Of a DNA stretch of 64,000 nt, positions 26,347-34,302 are shown piece after piece; position 1 is the stretch's first letter, and every line of letters starts with the position of its first letter. The DNA is taken from NCBI GenBank assembly GCA_041577295.1, contig JBFGJG010000005.1:62886-126885 (forward strand), written 5' to 3'. A model generated the notes under the pieces. That model ran no database searches, was not told the DNA's origin, and saw only the letters and a list, made by a program, of their open reading frames with translations. The DNA is from Gemmatimonadales bacterium. Its GTDB lineage: Bacteria; Gemmatimonadota; Gemmatimonadetes; Gemmatimonadales; GWC2-71-9. The position numbers and the translations under genes were made by a program.

Positions 26347-29043
26347 CTAGGCGGCCTCGGTCGCGAAGATGTGCTGGAGATCCTGCGCGGTCCGCACGTG
26401 CTTACGCGCTTCGTGGGCATAGCGGCTGGAGGGATGCTCGGCGATGACCCGATGCCACTGCAGGACAGCGTCTCCGTACCGCCGGAGCCGCGCCAGGGCC
26501 ACCCCCTCGAAGAACCGGGCGGCCGCATGCCCGTCGTCGAATGCCAGGACACGGCGGAACGCGTTGAGCGCATCCACGGGGCGATCATCGTCGAGGAGCG
26601 CGTGCCCGAGAGCCAGCAGGGTGTCGACGTCGGAGGGATCACTGGCGAGGGTGTCGACCAAGAGGTTGACCGCCGCCCGGGCTCTCTCCGTGCGACGGTA
26701 CAGACCGGCCAGCGCCAGCGCGGCGTCGATATAGGTCGGCAATGCGTCGAGCGCTCGGCGGTAACACGTCTCGGCATCGTCGTGATTGCCGCGTGCCTCG
26801 TGCACCCGCCCCAGATCGACCCGCACCTGTACAATGCGCGGGTCGAGTGCTAACGCCGCCCGGTACGAGCTCTCGGCCAATTCGAGGTCGCCCATCCGCA
26901 TACCGACGTCTCCCTCGAGCTTGAGGATGTCGGCGCGTTGCGGCGCGCGTCGACGCGCGTCACGCAGTGACTCGAGTGCGGCCGCTGGGTTGCCGGCCGA
27001 CAGCTGTGACTCGGCGAACGCCACCAGCACCTCGACGTCGTCCGGCCGGTCGCGGGCGAGCGCCCCCGCGTCACCCACGGCTTCGCGTCCACGCCCGAGT
27101 GACAGCAGAGAGCGTACGATCCCGAGACGCACTTCAGCGCGATCGGGCGCAAGCTGTTGGGCGGCCCGGTATCGCTCGAGCGCTTCCCCGTGTAAACCTC
27201 GATGATGGAAGATCTCGCCCGCGAGCACATGAGCATCTACTTGGTCCGCCCCGCGTCCCAGCGCGCGGTTCACCTCCGCGGCGGCGAGGTCAAGGAGGCC
27301 CTTGTGCAGATAGTCCCGTGCGAGACCGAGGGGATCGGAGGGGCTCACCTCCGACGGTGGCGGCTCCCGTTGGAGCTCGGAGAACAGGTCGTCCAGCATC
27401 GCCCGGTCGAACTCAAACGGCTGTCCCGCAAGCTCGGCTGCAATCTCGCCCGAGATCTCCGGTACCACGGCAATAGTCGACGACTCGTATTGCAAATCGA
27501 TCGCAAGCTGAAATTTTTGCGGGACGTAATAGGGGTCGAGGGTTTGGGCACGACTCACGGCCCGCAGTGCCCCCTCATAGTCACCCAACTGTGACAACGC
27601 AAAGCTGAGGTTGTAGTGAGCCTCGGCGTTATCGGGGTCGGTCTCCACCGCCCGAGCGAACGCGTTCCGCGCATCATCGATGCGTCCGAGTTCGGTGAGG
27701 ACCCATCCGATGCCGTTCCACGCCGGAGCCGAGTCGCGATCGACAGCCAGCGCTTGGCGAAACGCCTGGACGGCGTGCTGGTGGCGCGCCAGACGAAGGA
27801 GCAGCAGGCCAAGGTTGAGTTGGGCGGTGAGAAACCTCGGGTGCGTGCGGAGTGCGTCGCGGAGCGCGCCGACGGCTGCCTCGTGTTCCCCGGTTTGCGC
27901 CAGGGTAATGGCGAGGTTGTTCCTCGCCAACGGGTAGTCCCCGGACGCGGCGTTGGCTCGCTCGTACGAATCGCGCGCCTCGGAAAACCTCCCCATCTGG
28001 TGGAGCACAACACCTCGTTCGTTCCACACCTTGGGATCTTCCAAGCGCTGCTCAGCCAGCGTCTCGTACAATTCAAGCGCGCCGGGGAAGTCACGCTTCA
28101 AGAGGTGCACTTCGGCCATTGCTTGCAGCACCAACGAGCGGTCCGCGCCACCATCGAGCGCGAGTCGATACTCCCGCAGGGCCTCGGGGTAGTACCCCTG
28201 CTGCCGAAAGGCGAGGCCGAGGTTGAAGTGGGCGAGACCCGCGGCACCCTCGACGGGTTGCGTATGCTCGGCCGAAACCCGCGAGACCCGTTTCCGCTCC
28301 GCCTTGAAGCGTTCCAGCGACAGGTTCGTCTGCGCTCGCGCGAACGTGGGGTTGAGCTGAATGGCCCGTTTGGTGGCGGCGCGTGCTTCGTCGTGGTGCC
28401 CGAGATCGCCCAGGACAAAGGCGAGTTGGTAGTAGGCTTCGGCGTTGTCGGGTGCCAGCTCCGTCGCGCGTTCCAGGGCCGCTCGCGCATCGGCGTTGAG
28501 CCCTCGGTTGTACAGCACTTCACCGAGGTAGAGGTGGATGACGCTGCTCGACGGATCCAGTTCCTGTGCCCGCTCGAGCGCCGTCGTCGCGCCTTCGAGC
28601 TTGCCCCTGCTCTTTTCGATCAGCGCAATCTGGATGAGCGCGGTGATGTCGTTGGGCTCACGCGCCAAGATGGCCTCGTACTGCTCCAAGGCCTCTTCCG
28701 CTTCCCCCAAAGCCGCGTACGCGCGCGCGAGCTCGCGCCGCGCGGTGCGATCGTCGGCGTCGACCTGTAGGCGTTCCCGGAGCTCTGCCACACGCCTGTC
28801 GTAGTAGCCGGTCTCCGTGTAGGCGAGCTCCAGGTTCCGTTGGGCCACCTGCATCTTGGCGTCCAACTCAAGCGCCTTGGAGAACTGTTCGATGGCTTCC
28901 GGAACGAGTCCCCGTTCGAAGTAGAGCACGCCGAGGTTGTTGTGTGCGCCCGCATCGGAGGGATCGATGCGCCGAGCCAACGACCGGAGTGTGCTCCGGT
29001 CCTTGGCCGAAAGCTCTGGAGGAGCAATGACGTCAGGCGACAC
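26347..29043 (-). CDS. large TPR scaffold protein (~898 aa)
   Basis: Many TPRs (AHNNLGVLY, AYYQLA, AHFNLGL, AWNGIG); GTG 29043 overlaps the cheC end. Confidence 0.85.
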   Translation of the reverse strand: MSPDVIAPPELSAKDRSTLRSLARRIDPSDAGAHNNLGVLYFERGLVPEAIEQFSKALELDAKMQVAQRNLELAYTETGYYDRRVAELRERLQVDADDRTARRELARAYAALGEAEEALEQYEAILAREPNDITALIQIALIEKSRGKLEGATTALERAQELDPSSSVIHLYLGEVLYNRGLNADARAALERATELAPDNAEAYYQLAFVLGDLGHHDEARAATKRAIQLNPTFARAQTNLSLERFKAERKRVSRVSAEHTQPVEGAAGLAHFNLGLAFRQQGYYPEALREYRLALDGGADRSLVLQAMAEVHLLKRDFPGALELYETLAEQRLEDPKVWNERGVVLHQMGRFSEARDSYERANAASGDYPLARNNLAITLAQTGEHEAAVGALRDALRTHPRFLTAQLNLGLLLLRLARHQHAVQAFRQALAVDRDSAPAWNGIGWVLTELGRIDDARNAFARAVETDPDNAEAHYNLSFALSQLGDYEGALRAVSRAQTLDPYYVPQKFQLAIDLQYESSTIAVVPEISGEIAAELAGQPFEFDRAMLDDLFSELQREPPPSEVSPSDPLGLARDYLHKGLLDLAAAEVNRALGRGADQVDAHVLAGEIFHHRGLHGEALERYRAAQQLAPDRAEVRLGIVRSLLSLGRGREAVGDAGALARDRPDDVEVLVAFAESQLSAGNPAAALESLRDARRRAPQRADILKLEGDVGMRMGDLELAESSYRAALALDPRIVQVRVDLGRVHEARGNHDDAETCYRRALDALPTYIDAALALAGLYRRTERARAAVNLLVDTLASDPSDVDTLLALGHALLDDDRPVDALNAFRRVLAFDDGHAAARFFEGVALARLRRYGDAVLQWHRVIAEHPSSRYAHEARKHVRTAQDLQHIFATEAA

Positions 29044-29653
29044 GGATCGCGTCAAAGATGGCCCGTAACGCCGCCAGGTCTGGCAGCAACAGGAAATGCC
29101 CCTTGAGCGATTTGTCCGCCTCTTGAAAGTGAAAATCGCTCTCGACACAAAACACGACGTCGCGATCGGAACCAAACCCCACGATCGCCGTCGACACCAC
29201 GGCGGCCGCCTGGTCGATCACGAGGGACGGCACCGAGGGCAGCAGCATCATGCCCATGAAGTCCGAGAGGGCATTCATGTAGGCACCCCCGAGAATGTTG
29301 CCCGCCTCTTTGATCGCCGACTGCTCGAGCTCTCCGAACTCCGTGGTGGTGCCTGGCGTGCGGCGCAAGAGGAGGTCGCACAGGAGCCGAGCGTTGGCGT
29401 CCGGCAGCACGAGCAGGGTGCGTCCGGTGAGATCTCCGAGCATCCGCATCAGCACCGCCGCCACGACGTCCTCCGGATCGTCCAGCATCTCGGGCACTTC
29501 TTCGATGCGACGCACCTCGATCTCCGGGACGCTGATCATGATTCGACGCTCGGTGAGCTGTGACAGCGCAGTGGCAGCGTGACCCGCACCGATCGTCGCC
29601 ACCTCACGCACCGCGTCCAATTGGAGGGCCTTCAGCTCGGTAAGTTCATCCAT
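29033..29653 (-). CDS. cheC: CheY-P phosphatase CheC
   Basis: DAVREVATIGAGHAATALS, SAIKEAGNILGG, LLLPD; GAGGAG before ATG 29653. Confidence 0.92.
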   Translation of the reverse strand: MDELTELKALQLDAVREVATIGAGHAATALSQLTERRIMISVPEIEVRRIEEVPEMLDDPEDVVAAVLMRMLGDLTGRTLLVLPDANARLLCDLLLRRTPGTTTEFGELEQSAIKEAGNILGGAYMNALSDFMGMMLLPSVPSLVIDQAAAVVSTAIVGFGSDRDVVFCVESDFHFQEADKSLKGHFLLLPDLAALRAIFDAIRVA

Positions 29654-29702
29654 TCGTCGAATCTCCTCGTAAGACCCTTCCCCTGTCGTCGTTGCCATCG
29701 AG

Positions 29703-31565
29703 TCAGACCAATCCGCCCGCATCCAGAATGAGCGCCGGCGTACCGTCGGCCAAGATAGTCGCGCCACTGAAGATGGGCATGGTACCACGCGGCGCATCGA
29801 ACGTCTTCACGACGATCTCCTGCTGGCCCGTCATGCGGTCGACCACGAGCCCGGTGCGCCGCTCGCCAATCTCGATAATGATGACCGGGCGCTGAGGTGG
29901 CGGGGACGCGTCGGTTCCGACCAGCCGGCGCAGGTCAACCAACGGGATTACGCGGTCGCGGAACCACAACGCATCGCGGCCGTCCATCTGGGTGATGGCG
30001 GCGGGATCCAGCTCGAGCGCTTCGGCCACGTGCGTGATGGGGAGCGCGAAGCGTTCATCTCCCACCTGCGCGACGAGGGCGTGCAGGATGGCGAGGCTCG
30101 TGGGCAAGCGGAGCGTGAACGTTGTACCTTCTGCCGGCTTGCTGCGGATCTCGAGCGTGCCTCCCAGCGCCCGGAGACGGCTGGCAACCACATCGATGCC
30201 CACACCGCGGCCGGAAACGTCGGAGACGCGCTCCGCGGTGCTGAACCCCGAACGGGCCAACACGCGCACCAGCAGGTCGTCGGGAAGACTGTCCTGATCC
30301 GGCGCGACGGTGCCGACTCGCTTCGCGTCGGCCAGCACCCGCTCGCGATCAATGCCGCGGCCGTCGTCGCTCACCCTGATGGCAATGGTGGCGCGCTCGC
30401 GCATCGCACTGAGCACGAGGGTTCCTTCAGCCGCTTTGCCGGCCGCCGACCGTTCTTCCGCTGACTCAATCCCATGATCGACGGCATTGCGTATCAGATG
30501 GACGAGGGGATCGCCAATCTCGTCCAGGATCGCGCGGTCCAACTCGATGTCCTTTCCTTCGATGCGCAGCGCCACACGTTTGCCAAGCTGTCGCGCGAGA
30601 TCGCGCACCAACCGCGGAAAGCGATCGAACACCTGCCACACCGGTGTCATCCGGGCTTCGAGTATCTCGGTCTGCAGCTCCGTTGCCAAACGGGAGATTT
30701 TGAGGGAGACGTCCTCCAGATCCGGGTCGGCACGTGCCGCTGTCAACTCCGCCAAGCGACCTCGCGCCGTCACGAGCTCTCCGATACGGCTCATCAGGCC
30801 ATCGAGACGCCGCAGATCAACACGCATGTGGCGCGTGCGACCGATCGCTTGGGCACCGCGCTCCTTTTCTTCCTCACCAAAGTCGACGCGATCAACATCA
30901 CCTACTTGGCGAATGGCGTGGAGAAGGATCTCCTCCGTGGCATCGGTGTCGATGCGACAGGCGAACCGGCCGTCGAAGTCGTCTCGCTCGAAGGCAATGG
31001 CGGCCGGCTGGACCGAATGCACGCTCCCGAGTCGCGCCAGCTCGCGGAGGATCAGCGTCGCCCGAGCACCTTTGAGCGGCGCCTCTGCGCGCAACACGAC
31101 GCGAATCGGCCGGCCTGCCTCCGCAACCATGCCGAGCATCGGGCCGGACGGTCGAGCACCCGGCAACCGGGCAACCGTGCGTTCCATGACGCCTGCCGCG
31201 CGATCGATGGCCTGTACGACCGGCAGGGTGTCGACGTCGCGATCTCGTCCACCCACCGCCGCCTCCGACATCTGCTCCAACACATCCGCCGCTCGAAACA
31301 GAAGCTCGAGACTCTCCTCCGTGGGCGTCTGTTGGCTGCGGCGCAGCAGGTCCAAGAGATTCTCGGTGCTGTGTGCCAGCTCCGCGACCTTGTCGTAGCC
31401 CATCGACGCCGCCATCCCTTTGATCGTATGCACTGCGCGAAAGATCTCGACGACGGGCTCGGTCGCGTCCGGGTCCCGCTCCCAGTCGAGCAGTAGTCGG
31501 TTAAAGGTGGCGAGGTGGTCGCGAGTCTCCGCGAGGAAGAGCTCGGCGTACTGCGGAAGGTCCAT
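29703..31565 (-). CDS. cheA: chemotaxis histidine kinase CheA (P1-P2-P3-P4-P5)
   Basis: FRAVHTIKGMA, HLIRNAVDHG, DDGRG, GRGVG, C-terminal CheW-like domain. Confidence 0.97.
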   Translation of the reverse strand: MDLPQYAELFLAETRDHLATFNRLLLDWERDPDATEPVVEIFRAVHTIKGMAASMGYDKVAELAHSTENLLDLLRRSQQTPTEESLELLFRAADVLEQMSEAAVGGRDRDVDTLPVVQAIDRAAGVMERTVARLPGARPSGPMLGMVAEAGRPIRVVLRAEAPLKGARATLILRELARLGSVHSVQPAAIAFERDDFDGRFACRIDTDATEEILLHAIRQVGDVDRVDFGEEEKERGAQAIGRTRHMRVDLRRLDGLMSRIGELVTARGRLAELTAARADPDLEDVSLKISRLATELQTEILEARMTPVWQVFDRFPRLVRDLARQLGKRVALRIEGKDIELDRAILDEIGDPLVHLIRNAVDHGIESAEERSAAGKAAEGTLVLSAMRERATIAIRVSDDGRGIDRERVLADAKRVGTVAPDQDSLPDDLLVRVLARSGFSTAERVSDVSGRGVGIDVVASRLRALGGTLEIRSKPAEGTTFTLRLPTSLAILHALVAQVGDERFALPITHVAEALELDPAAITQMDGRDALWFRDRVIPLVDLRRLVGTDASPPPQRPVIIIEIGERRTGLVVDRMTGQQEIVVKTFDAPRGTMPIFSGATILADGTPALILDAGGLV

Positions 31566-31567
31566 GC

Positions 31568-31930
31568 CTATCCGAGAACCCGTTGCACGGCCTCAAGCAC
31601 TCTAGACGGCTGGAAGGGTTTCACAACAAAGTCTTTGGCGCCCGCTTGGATGGCTTCCACCACGAGGGCCTGCTGTCCCATGGCACTGCACATCAACACG
31701 CGGGCGTTGGGATCGAACTTCATGATCTCCCGCACTGCATCGATCCCGCCCATATCCGGCATCACGATGTCCATCGTGACGAGGTCCGGCGTGAGTTGCT
31801 TGTACTTTTCGACCGCCTCGAGTCCAGTTTCGGCCTCGCCAATCACATCGTAGCCTGCTTGGCTGAGGATATCACTGATCATGGTTCGCATAAAAATGGC
31901 ATCGTCACAGACGAGCACTGAATGGCTCAC
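31568..31930 (-). CDS. cheY: CheY response regulator
   Basis: DDAIFMR, MDIVMP, SAMGQ, KPFQP; resembles Bacillus/Thermotoga-type CheY. Confidence 0.95.
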   Translation of the reverse strand: MSHSVLVCDDAIFMRTMISDILSQAGYDVIGEAETGLEAVEKYKQLTPDLVTMDIVMPDMGGIDAVREIMKFDPNARVLMCSAMGQQALVVEAIQAGAKDFVVKPFQPSRVLEAVQRVLG

Positions 31931-31939
31931 ACACCCTCC

Positions 31940-32374
31940 CTAGGATGGAAACATGGGACCGAGGAGCGCTTCGAAATCGAGAAGCACAAACGAGAGGTCC
32001 GCTCGCCGTCCGATGGCGCGGACCACGGCCGGGTCGACTCCCGGTAACCGGTCGCGGTCAGCCAGGTCGGCGGCGGGAACCGCGATGAGGTCGATTACCT
32101 CGTCCACGACGAACCCCACCGTGCGGGGACCGACGTCGAGCAGCACAATCGGCCCTGCCGTGTCACTCGACCCGCGGCCGAGGGCCCGGCGTCCATCCAC
32201 CAACGTGACCAGGTTGCCCCGCACGTTGATAAGCCCCTTCACCGGCGCGGGAGCCCCTGGGACCCGGGTCGCTGGCAGTGCCGATACGATCTCTCGGACG
32301 GTTGCGGCCTCGGCCGCACAGGCTTGATCGGCCACCCGAAAAATGAGCAGCCGGACGCCGGAAAAATCGGCCAT
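31940..32374 (-). CDS. cheW: CheW
   Basis: TRVPGAPAPVKGLINVRG, GFVVDEV; start ATG 32374. Confidence 0.92.
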   Translation of the reverse strand: MADFSGVRLLIFRVADQACAAEAATVREIVSALPATRVPGAPAPVKGLINVRGNLVTLVDGRRALGRGSSDTAGPIVLLDVGPRTVGFVVDEVIDLIAVPAADLADRDRLPGVDPAVVRAIGRRADLSFVLLDFEALLGPMFPS

Positions 32375-32375
32375 C

Positions 32376-33374
32376 TTATTTGAAGAAGCCAAGATAGTCT
32401 AGGGCGTTTGGCCGAGCAAGCAGTTCTCGGTTCTGTGTCGCGACAGCCAGGCTCTCTCGAAGATCTTCCGGCCACTCGGAGCGGTATTCGACTGTCTCCT
32501 GGGTCTCGGGATGGCGGAATCGCAGCAGTGCGGCGTGAAGCGCTTGAGGGGGGGTGGCGGACTCGAGGGCGCGGGCGGCCGGTTGCAACCAGCCCGTCAC
32601 GCGGCGGGCACCACCACCGCCGTACACGGGATCGCCAATCACGGGGTGTCCGATGTGTGCCAGGTGAACGCGGATCTGGTGGGTTCGACCGGTCGCCAGA
32701 CGCACACGAACCAGATCACAGATCTCGAAGCGCGCGCACGGCTCGACCACCGTCTGTGCGGCGCGGCCAGTGGCGAGAACGGCCATGCGCTTGCGGTCCT
32801 TTGGGTGCCGTCCCACGGGGGCATCGATCTCGCGCCGCTCGGGGAGATGTCCCCAGATCAAGGCGGCGTAGATGCGTTCGACGTGCCGCCCTGCGATGGC
32901 GCGGGTCAATCGGCGATGCGCCCTGTCGGACTTGGCCACAACGATCAATCCCGAGGTGTCCTTGTCCAGCCGATGGACCAGGCCGGGACGACCGCTCTCC
33001 GGTTGGGCGAGCGGTGTGTTTCGCGCCACGAGCGCGTTGAGTAGCGTATCGTCCCAGTGCCCTGGGGCGGGATGCACGACCAACCCGGCGGGCTTGTCGA
33101 GCACCAGCAGCGACTCATCTTCGTGGACGATGCGCAGCTCACGGTGGTACGGGGCCAGCTCGCGCAGGCCTTCCGTGCGCGCAGGGAGGGTGACGGTGAT
33201 TTGGTCGCCGCGGACCAGCGTCCGAGACGCGCGTACGCGCTCGTCGTTGACGAGGACGGCACCGTCCGCGATGAGCCGAGCGGCCTGGGTTCGTGAGAGC
33301 GCAAGTTGGTCGGCGAGGAACCGGTCGAGGCGCTCCGTCTCAGGAACCGCGACCGCGAACGTGACTGCGGTGAT
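32376..33374 (-). CDS. rluD: RluA/RluD-family pseudouridine synthase with S4 domain; start codon uncertain
   Basis: HRLDKDTSG, TGRTHQIR; frame stays open upstream through ERLDRFL..SRTQ (S4) to the lspA stop with no ATG/GTG/TTG. Confidence 0.88.
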   Translation of the reverse strand: MTAVTFAVAVPETERLDRFLADQLALSRTQAARLIADGAVLVNDERVRASRTLVRGDQITVTLPARTEGLRELAPYHRELRIVHEDESLLVLDKPAGLVVHPAPGHWDDTLLNALVARNTPLAQPESGRPGLVHRLDKDTSGLIVVAKSDRAHRRLTRAIAGRHVERIYAALIWGHLPERREIDAPVGRHPKDRKRMAVLATGRAAQTVVEPCARFEICDLVRVRLATGRTHQIRVHLAHIGHPVIGDPVYGGGGARRVTGWLQPAARALESATPPQALHAALLRFRHPETQETVEYRSEWPEDLRESLAVATQNRELLARPNALDYLGFFK

Positions 33375-33380
33375 GGGGGT

Positions 33381-33929
33381 TCAGGCCTCCGCGGTGTCCG
33401 GCCGGTCGGCGCGCCGGGAGGATTCGGGATCCTCGGGCGGTGCCGTCTCCGGTTGTTTCCCCTCGTGCCAGAACGCGACCGCGAGGGCAAGGGCACCACA
33501 CGTGACCGCAATGTCGGCGACGTTGAAGGTCGGCCAGTGAAACGGACCGATCCAGACATCGATGAAATCGACGACACCTTTATTGCTGCTGACCCGATCC
33601 ACCAGGTTGCCAACCGCACCGCCGCAGACCAGCCCTAAACCCGTGAGCCGGAACCATTGGGACGGTGCGGTCCGCTGGGCCATCGCACCCAACACGATCA
33701 GTGCGATGATGGCGAGCGTGGTGAAGACCCAGCGGGAGTGCTCCCCGACGTGGATGCCGAACGCGGCACCCGGATTGTACACCAGACGAAACAGCAGCCA
33801 GTCGCCCACGATGTGGACGGGAATGCGGGATAATGTGTTCTGGGCAATTTGCTTGGTGATGAAGTCAACGACCACCACCGCTACGCCTATCCCCCAAAAC
33901 AGCGTGCGATAGTCACGCCCGCTTGGCAT
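33381..33929 (-). CDS. lspA: lipoprotein signal peptidase II
   Basis: DFITK, NPGAAFG, GNLVDR, VVDFI, FNVAD; start ATG 33929. Confidence 0.95.
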   Translation of the reverse strand: MPSGRDYRTLFWGIGVAVVVVDFITKQIAQNTLSRIPVHIVGDWLLFRLVYNPGAAFGIHVGEHSRWVFTTLAIIALIVLGAMAQRTAPSQWFRLTGLGLVCGGAVGNLVDRVSSNKGVVDFIDVWIGPFHWPTFNVADIAVTCGALALAVAFWHEGKQPETAPPEDPESSRRADRPDTAEA

Positions 33930-34302
33930 CTTCCTCTTTCGCCTTGCATTTGATGCACAGCCGGGCATGGGGCAGCGCATCGAGCCGTTCGAAGCCAATC
34001 TCTTCGCCGCACTCGTGACACTGTCCGAACTTCTCCGAATCGAAGTAGAGCCGGCGTAGCGCTTCGTTCACATGCCAGAGATAGCGACCTTCCTTCGAGG
34101 CGAAGAGGAATTGCTTTTCGCGCTCCATCGCGTCGGTCCCCTGATCGGCCATGTGAAACGAGTATGAGGAGAGATCGCCGTCGGAACTCTGCAGGGTACC
34201 ACTGAATTGCTCGCCGTAGTACCCGAGCTCCTTTTGGACACGGCCGCGCTCCTCGAGGAGTCGTTTTTCGAGATGCGCCAGTTGTTTCTTGTTCATATTC
34301 AT
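33913..34302 (-). CDS. TraR/DksA C4 zinc-finger protein
   Basis: Coiled coil, HMADQGTD, CHEC..ERL..P..LCIKC. Confidence 0.9.
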   Translation of the reverse strand: MNMNKKQLAHLEKRLLEERGRVQKELGYYGEQFSGTLQSSDGDLSSYSFHMADQGTDAMEREKQFLFASKEGRYLWHVNEALRRLYFDSEKFGQCHECGEEIGFERLDALPHARLCIKCKAKEEDAKRA

